A stretch of DNA of 53,393 nucleotides from Nitrospirota bacterium (GCA_011040095.1 DRDE01000177.1:1-53393), one strand, 5' to 3'; counted from the stretch's first letter, positions 7,728 through 17,487 are shown. Numbers and translations: made by a program. The notes: a model not told the origin generated them from the sequence alone.

Positions 7728-8899
7728 CCCTTTCGCTCCAGCACAAGGGCCGCATTATTTCCGCCGAACGCCAGAGATGTGGATAGGGCATATCGTCCGT
7801 CAACAGTTGTCTTCCGGACAACAGGCGCTACCGGGATATTTTCATCCCTGTTTTCAAATCCCGCGCTGGCAGGTATCCACCCTTCCCTTAATGCCGCGGC
7901 GCTGAACACAGCCTCCATTCCTCCGGCTGCGCCTAATGTATGACCGGTATATCCTTTCGTTGATAACATCTTCAGACCTGCCCCGAATATTTTCCCAAGC
8001 AGCCTGCCTTCAACAAGATCGTTATCCGTTGTTGCCGTGCCGTGGGCATTAACAAAGCTTACATCCGCAAGTGTAATACCTGCATCGGAAAGGGCCTTGC
8101 TGATTGACGCTTCCAGTCCCGCACCGTCCGGCCTCGGCGCCGTAAGGTGGTATGAATCACTGGCAGAGCCGTATCCTGAAATAAAAAGCCCGGATGTCAT
8201 CCCTCTCTTTTCAACTGATTCCCTTGTCTCAATAACCAGGATACCCGCTCCTTCACCCAGGTTAAGTCCTTTACGGTCCCGGTCAAAGGGCATGCATAAT
8301 TCACTGCTCAGCACCCCTAAAGATCCAAACCCGCAAAGAGGAACAATGTTCATTTCATCGGCGCCGCCTGCAATGGCTATATCACACAGCCCGTTATTCA
8401 GCCATGATATTGCTACACCGATTGCATCGGTCCCTGAAGAACATGCATTGACAACTGTAAGCGCAGGCCCCCTCACTTTGAATCTGCGCGAAATAAATTC
8501 AGCAACATTGCCCTTTAAATACCTGTTTGCCGACGTCATGGGCGCTGAACGGGTATTGCGGTAAGATTTGTAGAATTCAATATCATTAAGCTGGCTTGCC
8601 ACTGTTGTGCCCAGGCAGACGCCGACCCGGAACCCTGACAGGTCGCTGCCGAGTTCTGCATTCCCGAGCGCTTCATCGACTGCACAGAGGGCAAGGCTCA
8701 GTGTCCTCCGGCCTTCCATGTAGAATTTTTCAGGAATATCTTTGACTTCAAAGACGGGATACGGCAGTGAGGTCTCAAACAGCGTTACCCTTCCTGCATT
8801 CCTCTTTCCCCGGCTGAATGAATCAAGAGTGTTATCGAGACCAACGCCCGCTGCGGAGACTACCCCCAATCCTGTTATCAACACATTATAGTTTCTCAC
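7724..8899 (-). CDS. Beta-ketoacyl-ACP synthase, FabF/FabB-like, catalytically complete
   Basis: 391 aa (GTG start). Motifs: GPALTVVNACSSGTDAI (Cys), VNAHGTATTDND (His), GHTLGAAG (His). Confidence 0.9.
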   Translation of the reverse strand: MRNYNVLITGLGVVSAAGVGLDNTLDSFSRGKRNAGRVTLFETSLPYPVFEVKDIPEKFYMEGRRTLSLALCAVDEALGNAELGSDLSGFRVGVCLGTTVASQLNDIEFYKSYRNTRSAPMTSANRYLKGNVAEFISRRFKVRGPALTVVNACSSGTDAIGVAISWLNNGLCDIAIAGGADEMNIVPLCGFGSLGVLSSELCMPFDRDRKGLNLGEGAGILVIETRESVEKRGMTSGLFISGYGSASDSYHLTAPRPDGAGLEASISKALSDAGITLADVSFVNAHGTATTDNDLVEGRLLGKIFGAGLKMLSTKGYTGHTLGAAGGMEAVFSAAALREGWIPASAGFENRDENIPVAPVVRKTTVDGRYALSTSLAFGGNNAALVLERKG

Positions 8900-9219
8900 A
8901 TTAATCGGATATGACCGGACTCCTGCAATTTTTGATTATCATTTTATTTGCCTGTTTATGAGAACTATCAAGGAAGTGAAAATACTATAAAATAATAAAA
9001 TCCCGAAGTCAAGAAAATATAAAATCCTGCCGGATTCCCATAGGGGAAAAAGGTCATATGTCTCCGGTAAAATATTGTGTGTACTCCTCCTTGCTTTTTG
9101 ATTTGGAATATTAAGCTTTTTTGTGATACTATCTTCTCATCCTGGTAAGTTTTTGCCCATAAAAAACTTGCCATATGAGATTAAAAACTGATGTGCTTTC
9201 TGTCTGACCACTATTTTTC

Positions 9220-10668
9220 ATGAAAAAGAAGAAAAAGATTTTATTTATCCACCCCCTTGGAGTAAACTGGGTGCCGGGCGAAACAGATATGTCCCGTGTT
9301 GCGAATATAATGCCCCCGCTCGGACTTTTAAGCCTTGCCGCCTGGGTGGAGAAACATGGGCATATTTCTTCTGTTCATGACTGCTATGCCTACCCGGTTC
9401 AGGATGAAAAAATCATTGAAAAAATAAAAACAGATACTCCCGACTACATAGGATTCAGCACCACAACATCAAGTTTCCCTGATGCTGTCCGGATTGCAAT
9501 GAAGATAAGAGAAGTTATGCCCAAAATAAAAAATATTTTCGGTGGTGTGCATATCTCGGCCCTCAATGAAACCCTGCTGCAGGATTATCCTGTCATCGAC
9601 TATGGCATTGTGGGTGAGGGGGAACTTACCCTGTTATCGTTAATTGAGAGTGACGGACAGATAGGGAAAAATGTTCCGGGCCTTTTATACCGGGATGGGG
9701 ATGAAATCATTTTTACAGGGTTTCGTAATAAAGAACAGTTGATTGATCTGGACACACTCCCTTTTCCTGCATACGACAAACTGAATGGTTTTCCCGATTT
9801 ATACAAATTACCCATTTTTAATTATCCGAGGGCTCCGCATACAACCGCTGTTTCAAGCAGGGGATGTCCTTACAAGTGTTCATACTGCGACAGGACCGTA
9901 TTTAAACGTTCATACCGTTTTAATTCTGCGGGGTATTTATATGACCACGTTAAACATCTGAACCGGAAATATGGTATAAGGCATATTAATTTTTATGATG
10001 ATCTCTTTACATTTAACCGTAAAAGGGTGGAAGAATTCTGCAGACTTTTAATAAATAAAAAGAGAGGGATTACATTTAATTGTGCTGCTCGCGCTGAACA
10101 TGTTGATAGGGACTTATTGCTATTAATGAAAAAGGCCGGCTGCTGGATGATCAGCCTCGGAATAGAAACCGGTGATTCGGAGCTTCTGGGGGTTCACCGT
10201 TCCAATTCCGATCTTGAAATGATAAGAAGCAAGGTTGAATTAATACGTGAGTCCGGAATAAGGGTAAAGGGTCTGTTTATGATGGGTCTGCCGGGAGAAA
10301 CTGAAGAAAGCATAGACAAGAGCATTAAATATGCTTTGGATATCCCGCTTAATGATATGAACCTGACAAAGTTTACTCCATTTCCGGGAAGTCCTGTTTA
10401 TAAGGAAATCAGACGTTACGGGACATTTAATGAAAAATGGGAGCTGATGAACTGTACAAATTTTGTTTTTGTACCGAATGGACTCACACATGAACGGCTT
10501 GAAGAACGTTACAAGGAATTTTACAGAAGGCATTTTGAACGGTATCACATACTGTTTGACTATATGACAATGATTTGGCGATCTCCCGACAGCTGGGTGC
10601 GTTTTCTTTTAAACCTGCGGGGATTTTTAAGGATCAGAAATACTTTCAGAGGAAACAAATCCGCCTGA
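9220..10668 (+). CDS. Cobalamin-binding-domain (class B) radical SAM enzyme
   Basis: 482 aa. N-terminal B12-type Rossmann region (KKILFIHP...PDYIGFSTTT...IFGGVHISA), then SSRGCPYKCSYC (CX3CX2C). Confidence 0.9.
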   Translation: MKKKKKILFIHPLGVNWVPGETDMSRVANIMPPLGLLSLAAWVEKHGHISSVHDCYAYPVQDEKIIEKIKTDTPDYIGFSTTTSSFPDAVRIAMKIREVMPKIKNIFGGVHISALNETLLQDYPVIDYGIVGEGELTLLSLIESDGQIGKNVPGLLYRDGDEIIFTGFRNKEQLIDLDTLPFPAYDKLNGFPDLYKLPIFNYPRAPHTTAVSSRGCPYKCSYCDRTVFKRSYRFNSAGYLYDHVKHLNRKYGIRHINFYDDLFTFNRKRVEEFCRLLINKKRGITFNCAARAEHVDRDLLLLMKKAGCWMISLGIETGDSELLGVHRSNSDLEMIRSKVELIRESGIRVKGLFMMGLPGETEESIDKSIKYALDIPLNDMNLTKFTPFPGSPVYKEIRRYGTFNEKWELMNCTNFVFVPNGLTHERLEERYKEFYRRHFERYHILFDYMTMIWRSPDSWVRFLLNLRGFLRIRNTFRGNKSA

Positions 10669-10715
10669 TCCATTGATTAGCACAGGGACGGTAATGATAT
10701 AATGTATAAGTCGAG

Positions 10716-12014
10716 ATGAAGATTCTTTTAGTAAATCCCCCGAATGCCGGGATAAGCATTCCGGTTGAAAAATTTGGTTTAAAAGAAACACAAAAAATTT
10801 TCAAAGGGGAACCCTTTGCGTTAGAGGTGCTTGCAGGGAATCTTGAAAACCATGAAACAAAAATTATTGATTTGAAAATTCCCGGTGAATCTTTGGAAAA
10901 AGAAATCTCCACCTTTTCTCCTGATATAGTGGCTTTTACCTCGCTCACCTGTGAAGCCAATACTGTTTTAAACCTCAGCCGGGAGACAAAAGGCATTGAT
11001 AAAAAGATTAAAATTGCAGTTGGTGGTGTTCATGCCAGCAGCGATCCCGCTTTTTTTAACAGAGATTTTATTGATTATTTAATTATAGGACTTGGCAAAC
11101 ACACTTTCAGAAAGCTTGTTGATTCACTGGAAAGGAATGGTTATCCTGAAGAACTTGCGGGGGTAGCCGGGACAAATCCGCAGGCCGGCATTTCATTTAT
11201 AAGGCGGGAATTTGATAGAACGGACCTTGTGGAGGAAAAACCTCCGGCATATGATCTTGTCACCGTATATCGCAAAAACTATGTGATTGACTCTCTGGGG
11301 ATAAGCATGGGATACATAAACACAGCATATGGTTGTCCCAACAACTGTTCTTTTTGTTGTATCGGCAATATAACGGGAAACCGTTATATTGAACATAATA
11401 TAGAATGTGTAATTCGTGATTTAACGCTGCTCGAAGACATTCCGGTTATACGATTGGTGGACGCAAACACCTTTGCAAACCCTGATAGAGCAAAAAAGTT
11501 GTGTAATGCAATAAAAAGCAGCAACTTTAAAAAGCGCTTTATTGCCGATGCCTGTGCGGATTCAATAGTTTCGGATCCCGGGCTTTTTGAGCAATGGCAA
11601 AAAGCCGGCCTTCATGCGGTTATTATCGGATTTGAGGAAATTAACAATGAAAGGTTGTCGGGATGGAGAAAGAAAAGCACTTTGGTCATCGTTCAAAAGG
11701 CAATCGAAATACTTCATGATCTTGAAATCTCAATTGTAGGTGATTTTATTATATCCCCGGACTATTGTGAAAATGATTTCAGAAAGCTGGAAACTTTTGT
11801 TGAAAAAAGCGCAATTGAGCTTCCTGTTTTCTCGGTTTTAACGCCTTTGCCGGGAACTCCGCTTTACAAAACCATGCAAAATGATATTATAATCCACAAT
11901 CTTGATTATTATACTTTGGGAAATGCAGTAACTGAGACAGCCTTGCCCGAAAAGGAATTCTATACAATTTTAACCGGACTTCAAGACAGGTTTCATCGTA
12001 AAGCCAGACTCTGA
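10716..12014 (+). CDS. Cobalamin-binding-domain (class B) radical SAM enzyme
   Basis: 432 aa. MKILLVNPP...PDIVAFTSLT...AVGGVHASS, then YGCPNNCSFC (CX3CX2C). Confidence 0.9.
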   Translation: MKILLVNPPNAGISIPVEKFGLKETQKIFKGEPFALEVLAGNLENHETKIIDLKIPGESLEKEISTFSPDIVAFTSLTCEANTVLNLSRETKGIDKKIKIAVGGVHASSDPAFFNRDFIDYLIIGLGKHTFRKLVDSLERNGYPEELAGVAGTNPQAGISFIRREFDRTDLVEEKPPAYDLVTVYRKNYVIDSLGISMGYINTAYGCPNNCSFCCIGNITGNRYIEHNIECVIRDLTLLEDIPVIRLVDANTFANPDRAKKLCNAIKSSNFKKRFIADACADSIVSDPGLFEQWQKAGLHAVIIGFEEINNERLSGWRKKSTLVIVQKAIEILHDLEISIVGDFIISPDYCENDFRKLETFVEKSAIELPVFSVLTPLPGTPLYKTMQNDIIIHNLDYYTLGNAVTETALPEKEFYTILTGLQDRFHRKARL

Positions 12015-12031
12015 AAAGGAATTAAGACCCT

Positions 12032-13180
12032 ATGGACGTTTATATCACCGGCACATCAGCATTCTTACCGAATGACCCTGTAGAAAACGATCAGGTGGAG
12101 GATATTATAGGAAGCATTACAAGGCTCTCTCCCAAGGTAAAAGAAATAGTCCTGAAAAGTAATGGCATTAAGAAAAGATACTATGCCATCCATCCACAAA
12201 CAAGAAAACCGACACACACTAATGCACGGCTTGCAGCAGAAGCAATCAAGAGATTGATAAGCTCATCCGGCATTTCCGGAAATGATATTGAACTTCTTGC
12301 CTGTGGCACTTCAATACCTGACCAGATATTGCCGGGGCATGCTTCAATCATACACGGTGAGCTCGGGACAGCCCCCTGTGAAATAATTTCCTGCTCGGGT
12401 GTCTGTTGCTCGGGAATGGCTGCAATGAAATATGCCTACGCAAATGTTTCTGCCGGTTTTTCTAAAGTTGCTGTTGCCTCAGCATCAGAGGCCGCTTCTT
12501 CATATATCAGGAAGGAGAACTATCGAATCCCCCCGCAGGAAAATAATCCTGCTTTATCCGACAATTCAATGCCCGGATTTAACGGTGAATTCCTGAGATG
12601 GATGTTATCTGATGGCGCAGGGGCGGTTCTTTTAGAAAATAAATGCCCTGAAGATCGCATATCCCTTAAAATAGAATGGATAGAGCAGCGCTCCTTTGCC
12701 AACGAGCTTGATACATGCATGTATGCCGGAGCAGTAAAAAATGACGACGGCAGCCTCAGGGGATGGCGTGATTTTGATTCACTTCAGGATGCACTTGGCA
12801 ATAATGTTTTTGCCATTCAACAGGACGTTAAACTTCTAAACAAAGAAATTGTAAAGACTGCCGTGGAACGGGCCCTCATCCCCGTAGCAAAAAGCCGCGA
12901 GCTGTCACCTGAACAGATCGACTGGTTTCTTCCGCACTATTCATCAGATTATTTCAGAAGCGATTTTTTCGAGAAACTTAAATTTAATGGTTTTGAAATC
13001 CCATACAGCAAATGGTTTACCAACCTGACTGAGAAGGGTAACACCGGAGCAGCTTCGATTTTCATAATTCTGGATGAGCTGTTTAAATCCGGAAAAATCA
13101 AAAGAGGGGAAAAGCTTCTTTGTTTTATCCCTGAAAGCGGCAGATTTACAATATGTTATATGCTTCTGACAGTGGTTTGA
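12032..13180 (+). CDS. Long-form KAS III (FabH-like) condensing enzyme
   Basis: 382 aa. Candidate catalytic residues: Cys in SCSGVCCSGMAA, His in FLPHYSS, Asn in EKGNTGAASI. The N-terminus (FLPNDPVEND...LKSNGIKKRYYA) differs from canonical FabH. Confidence 0.8.
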   Translation: MDVYITGTSAFLPNDPVENDQVEDIIGSITRLSPKVKEIVLKSNGIKKRYYAIHPQTRKPTHTNARLAAEAIKRLISSSGISGNDIELLACGTSIPDQILPGHASIIHGELGTAPCEIISCSGVCCSGMAAMKYAYANVSAGFSKVAVASASEAASSYIRKENYRIPPQENNPALSDNSMPGFNGEFLRWMLSDGAGAVLLENKCPEDRISLKIEWIEQRSFANELDTCMYAGAVKNDDGSLRGWRDFDSLQDALGNNVFAIQQDVKLLNKEIVKTAVERALIPVAKSRELSPEQIDWFLPHYSSDYFRSDFFEKLKFNGFEIPYSKWFTNLTEKGNTGAASIFIILDELFKSGKIKRGEKLLCFIPESGRFTICYMLLTVV

Positions 13181-13191
13181 AAATCATTGAA

Positions 13192-13479
13192 TCAGGAAGC
13201 AAAAATCTTTTTATTTATAAAATCAGCAAGTGTATTAATGGATTTAAGAACCTGGCGGGAAGTGTTGATGTCCCTTATGCGAACCTTGTATTTCTTTTCC
13301 AGGGCAACCACTATTTCCACGGCATCAAGTGAATCTATACCTAATGGCGAAGAGGGATCAATCAGGGGTTCATCATCCTTAATATGATCCGCAGTAATAC
13401 CTACTTCCTGCAGATTGCAGGTCTCGACAACCAGCTCTTTCAATTCACTTTTCAAGGATTTTATTGCCTGCTCACTCAT
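13192..13479 (-). CDS. Acyl carrier protein
   Basis: LGIDSLDAVEIVVALE phosphopantetheine-attachment motif. I prefer the second ATG (AGGA 7 nt upstream); the ORF track extends to 13497. Confidence 0.85.
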   Translation of the reverse strand: MSEQAIKSLKSELKELVVETCNLQEVGITADHIKDDEPLIDPSSPLGIDSLDAVEIVVALEKKYKVRIRDINTSRQVLKSINTLADFINKKIFAS

Positions 13480-13570
13480 AGTTGATTCCTGCTGCATTGT
13501 AAAGGTTTTGCGGCAGGCTCACCTGCCTTATTTATGCAAGATAATATCGCCTGTAATAAATATTCAAAAT

Positions 13571-14854
13571 TCAAACAAGCTTGGAGCGTAAACCGGAAAT
13601 GAACATCGTTAAAACAAAAAAGCTCAGAAGTTTTATTGCATTCGGCAAAATCACAAGAAGATTACCATCCCTGAGAAAAATGTCCAGGAAACCTTTAAGC
13701 CCCCATGAAAGAGGAGATATCACACTTATTTTTTGCATAAATTCCGGCATAACAAAGACAGGCACCATAACACCTCCCAAGGCGGCGGCGACAACAACAG
13801 AAATTGCCCCGAATGTTGACGCCTGCTCCTGTGTACCGGCCACAGTTCCAAGCATTACACCAAAACCGGCAGCAGCAAGCCCCGAGCTGAGAGCTATTAA
13901 CACCATTGCCGGATAATTAGATCCCATTACCAGTATTTCCGTGCCAAGCGCGGGCAGGATAAATATGCCGACTAAAAGCATTAAGACAGACTGTATCATA
14001 CATATGCATAAATATACAATTATTTTCCCCAGTATATGCGTGGGATAAGATACCGGCATAGTCCTCAACCTGAGGAAGATTCCATCTTTACTTTCTTTAA
14101 TCATGTTTCCTGCCAGGGGAATCGCTATGAGAAAAATTGCGAACATGGTCCAGGCCGGAACATTTTGCTGTACGGCATTAGGGGTAATACTTAAACTCTC
14201 CGGAACAGCATAGATTTCCCTGATTTTAACCAGAGGCTCACGGTAATTCTTTTTCTCTTCTTTTTTTGTCTCTCTTCCATTCCCTGAAAACTCTCTCGAT
14301 ATAACATCGAGGACAGATCTCTTTTCAATGTTTGCAGCAAAACCATTCAGGGAGCTTATAATCGAATTTTGAAATGATTTTCGAACAGCAGGATCAAGGT
14401 AAACCTCAATCTCCAGTGGTTGAGAATCTTCTTTAGAATTTTTACTCGTTGACTCTGAACCCTGGAAAATTGTTTTTTTAACCATCTCTATGGCTTTTTC
14501 CTGAATTTTTCTGCTCGCCCCCTCAGGAACTATAATCCCTATCTGAAAATCTCCCTTTGAGACCTTTTCCCTGAGGATTTTTTCATCCACTTCTTTTCCA
14601 TGTATCTTTTTTGTTAAAGAAAAATTTCCTGCTTCATTCAAACCTCTCTCAAGCGACAAACCGAAAGTCCCCCGGTCATTATCAAGATAAATCAATTTGA
14701 TTTCCGTTTCTTTGACTGCCCTGAACGCGCTGTCCTGGACGAGGGTGACTACCAAAACGAGAACCATGGGCATTATAAAAAGTACGCCCAGGCCCGCCTT
14801 GTCTCTGAACAGAATCAGAAACTCTTTCTTAACGGTTGATAATAGCCTGAACAT
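13571..14854 (-). CDS. ABC-2-type transporter permease
   Basis: 427 aa. One N-terminal TM helix, a large soluble loop, then five or six C-terminal TM segments. Lies 3 nt downstream of the ATPase gene. Confidence 0.8.
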   Translation of the reverse strand: MFRLLSTVKKEFLILFRDKAGLGVLFIMPMVLVLVVTLVQDSAFRAVKETEIKLIYLDNDRGTFGLSLERGLNEAGNFSLTKKIHGKEVDEKILREKVSKGDFQIGIIVPEGASRKIQEKAIEMVKKTIFQGSESTSKNSKEDSQPLEIEVYLDPAVRKSFQNSIISSLNGFAANIEKRSVLDVISREFSGNGRETKKEEKKNYREPLVKIREIYAVPESLSITPNAVQQNVPAWTMFAIFLIAIPLAGNMIKESKDGIFLRLRTMPVSYPTHILGKIIVYLCICMIQSVLMLLVGIFILPALGTEILVMGSNYPAMVLIALSSGLAAAGFGVMLGTVAGTQEQASTFGAISVVVAAALGGVMVPVFVMPEFMQKISVISPLSWGLKGFLDIFLRDGNLLVILPNAIKLLSFFVLTMFISGLRSKLV

Positions 14855-14857
14855 TCC

Positions 14858-15616
14858 CTAATCTCTCAATTCCTTTCCGGTCAAATTAAGAAAAAAATCT
14901 TCAAGCCTGTTAAATTTACTTCCATCCCCTAACAGGTCCCCAGGGGTTCCTTCTGTTAATATCCTTCCGTTGTCCATTATCGCAATACGCGAACACAGGT
15001 TCTCCGCTTCCTCAAGATAGTGCGTAGTATAGATTATTGTAGTATCGCGATTGCCTGTATCCATTAGATATTCCAATATAACATTGCGGGATTGTACGTC
15101 AATGCCGACCGTAGGCTCGTCAAGAATCAGTACCCTGGGTTTATGAAGAACTGCCGCAATCAGGTTGGTTCTTCTTTTCATTCCACCTGAAAAGGTCGAT
15201 ATCTTTCTATCGGCGTTCTTCTCAAGTCCAAGCAGCTCCAGACATTCATCGATACGCTTTTCCAGATATTTCCCTCTGAACCCGTACATATTACCGAAAA
15301 ACCTCAGATTCTCTCTCGCTGTTAATGAAGAATAAAGGGCCAGGTCCTGGGGGACAACGCCAATGACTTTCTTTATTTCAGCTAAATGCTTTTCAATATT
15401 AACCCCAAAGAACTCAACACTTCCCTTTGATTGTTTCAGCAGTCCGCAAAGAACAGATATAGTCGTAGTTTTCCCCGCGCCATTCGGACCCAGGAGTCCG
15501 TACCTTTCACCACTTTCAATTGCAAATGAAATATTATTAATTGCAGGTTCTTTACTTCCCTCGTATTTTTTGGTTAGTTCTGAAATCTTATAAGCTTGTT
15601 TATTGAAATCGAACAT
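14858..15616 (-). CDS. ABC transporter ATP-binding protein
   Basis: Walker A GPNGAGKTTT, signature FSGGMKRR, Walker B LILDEPTVGID. Confidence 0.92.
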   Translation of the reverse strand: MFDFNKQAYKISELTKKYEGSKEPAINNISFAIESGERYGLLGPNGAGKTTTISVLCGLLKQSKGSVEFFGVNIEKHLAEIKKVIGVVPQDLALYSSLTARENLRFFGNMYGFRGKYLEKRIDECLELLGLEKNADRKISTFSGGMKRRTNLIAAVLHKPRVLILDEPTVGIDVQSRNVILEYLMDTGNRDTTIIYTTHYLEEAENLCSRIAIMDNGRILTEGTPGDLLGDGSKFNRLEDFFLNLTGKELRD

Positions 15617-16618
15617 TCAAAATAAAATCTTTTTAAGTTCCTTAAATATATTTTCTTCCATATTTGAACATTCTGTCAAAATACCGGCCAGTTTGCCGTA
15701 AAGTTCAGGAGAGACTTCATTATTCTTACAGCTTCTTGCCGAAGCAAGAGCAAACTCCCGCCATTTATCCCCGACTATGGTCATATCTTCAGACAGACCC
15801 GACATTGATTTAAGATTCAAAAACCCGGATGCTTCCTGTAGAAAAGAAGAAAACATAAAACGAAAACCGGCCCCACCAGTGCCAATCTCTTCCTGCATCC
15901 GGATTACCTGTCCCAAATAAAGCAATGCCTTTTTACTGCCAAGCTTATCCGGCCATTTTTTCATATGCCGTGCCAGATAACGTATCCCCTTAACACCGAC
16001 CATGGGAAATGGTATGGATAACATATTTTTTACGGTCACTTTAATCCCTTTCCGGATCGCTTTATTAAACTCAATTCTTTCAGGGATTTTCTCAATATAA
16101 TACATCCGCCCCTTCGGAGCCAGAGGACCCTTTGCAAATCTGACTCTCATCAGATCATCGTATGAACATCTGACAGGAGTTTCCATAACAGGATCGCTTA
16201 TCAGATATTCCCCGTTTTCTTTTCCGTATACAACAATATTATGGGCATTAAAATGAAACCGGTAAGAAGGGGGAAAATACGGGAGCCAATAAACGCCGAC
16301 CTGAAGGCCCACAGGAGATCCCCTTTCAATTATTGTGTCAATATCCGCCATGGCTTTTGAGGGATATCTATATCTCAGGCTTCTGACTTTGATGCCAAGT
16401 CGTTTTGTTGCTGATTTAAAAACATATCCGGGAGTATATCTGAATGTTGTAAGAGGCAAATAATTTACTTTTACAAAAGGCAAATAAGCAAAAAACAAAC
16501 CGGACCCGATTCCGAATACCATTGCTTCACTCAAATCAACACCATGATATTTTAAAAGGCTGGAAGTAACCCCACTCTCGCAATGGGCTGACTGTTTATG
16601 CTGAAAATCTATATTCAT
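15617..16618 (-). CDS. BtrH-N/DUF4872-like protein (cysteine-peptidase-fold acyl-ACP transferase family)
   Basis: The N-terminus FQHKQSAHCESGVTSSLLKYHGVDLSEAMVFGIGSGLFFAY matches the butirosin BtrH N-terminal domain pattern as I recall it. I prefer the start MNIDF at 16618. Confidence 0.65.
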   Translation of the reverse strand: MNIDFQHKQSAHCESGVTSSLLKYHGVDLSEAMVFGIGSGLFFAYLPFVKVNYLPLTTFRYTPGYVFKSATKRLGIKVRSLRYRYPSKAMADIDTIIERGSPVGLQVGVYWLPYFPPSYRFHFNAHNIVVYGKENGEYLISDPVMETPVRCSYDDLMRVRFAKGPLAPKGRMYYIEKIPERIEFNKAIRKGIKVTVKNMLSIPFPMVGVKGIRYLARHMKKWPDKLGSKKALLYLGQVIRMQEEIGTGGAGFRFMFSSFLQEASGFLNLKSMSGLSEDMTIVGDKWREFALASARSCKNNEVSPELYGKLAGILTECSNMEENIFKELKKILF

Positions 16619-16625
16619 AATATCT

Positions 16626-17141
16626 CTAACGCACCTCTTTAAGTTCATCCACGGTTAATGAAAATACTTTCGCGTAATGCTCCAATATAGAATCATCAAG
16701 CTTATCAAAACATTCGGGATTCAGGTGTTTTTTTATTTTTCTTTTTGAAAAACCTGCATAATCCGAAAGCAGTTTTAAATCCATTTGATGTCTGGCCATA
16801 TAATAAGCTATCGGGCTCAGCTCACCTCTCAGCACCTTTTTCTTTACATCATTAGCCTTCTCTTCAATAAGCTCCCAGGCCTGGGCGTTCACTATCTGTT
16901 TGGCTTTCCATCCGGTGCTCCTGACGGTAGTATAGTTACCGCTCTCATCAACAGCATAACAGAGCTCTCTGCACTCACTCATCATTTTGCTTTTATCCTG
17001 GGGTACCTCGTTTTTTTTCAAAACCAATCTCCATTCTTCGAGCGTAAAATTAAAACAATATGCAGGAAAGAGTTCAGGGATGCTTGATTGATCATATTTC
17101 AAATGCAGGGATGCAAAGCGGAATGCAGGCTTCGGGGTCAA
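16626..17141 (-). CDS. Hypothetical protein with a possible C-terminal HTH-like region
   Basis: 171-aa ORF. Its TTG start overlaps the ACP stop (TTGA at 17138-17141); an internal ATG (MMSECREL) is an alternative. No family recognised. Confidence 0.45.
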   Translation of the reverse strand: MTPKPAFRFASLHLKYDQSSIPELFPAYCFNFTLEEWRLVLKKNEVPQDKSKMMSECRELCYAVDESGNYTTVRSTGWKAKQIVNAQAWELIEEKANDVKKKVLRGELSPIAYYMARHQMDLKLLSDYAGFSKRKIKKHLNPECFDKLDDSILEHYAKVFSLTVDELKEVR

Positions 17142-17419
17142 TCTTTTCTTTTTTCATATACGTATTTTGCGAGGGTGTCTATGGAGTGGAATACGTCTTT
17201 CCTGTTTTCTATATCCTTAACATCTAATCCGAAATTGCGCTGTAAAATGACGACAATCTCAACGGCATCCAGGGAATCGAGCCCCAGTCCCTCACCGAAT
17301 AAAATTTCATCATCTTTTATATCATCAGGAGTAATATCTTCAAGCGACAAATCTTTTACAAGCAGCGCTTTCAAGGCGCTCTTTATATCCGCCAACTCTT
17401 CTTCATTGATTTCTTGCAT
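17138..17419 (-). CDS. Acyl carrier protein
   Basis: 93 aa with the LGLDSLDAVEIVVILQ motif. Confidence 0.9.
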   Translation of the reverse strand: MQEINEEELADIKSALKALLVKDLSLEDITPDDIKDDEILFGEGLGLDSLDAVEIVVILQRNFGLDVKDIENRKDVFHSIDTLAKYVYEKRKD

Positions 17420-17487
17420 TATATACTCCCCGCTTCATTTATGAATTCAGACAAATAGGATATCATATTCTTTTTCAATCTGTCCAT

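Noticed and set aside
8037-8564. Long ORFs antisense to real genes. Examples: 8037-8564, 26936-27415, 30419-30991, 36182-36778, 38762-39100, 39260-39775, 42085-42696 and 43348-43842.
   Set aside because: Each lies entirely inside, and opposite to, a gene with strong family motifs (KS, MMPL, ligase, exonuclease, ppdK, gyrA). Their translations are low-complexity Ser/Pro/Arg-rich shadows with no motifs.
8900-9219. Possible cobalamin riboswitch or sigma-54 promoter in the divergent region upstream of the B12-radical SAM operon.
   Set aside because: I found no B12-box-like GCCACTG core. The only GG...GC candidate (tggtaagtttttgcc) has N9 rather than N10 spacing. The 68-aa ORF at 8968-9174 looks spurious.
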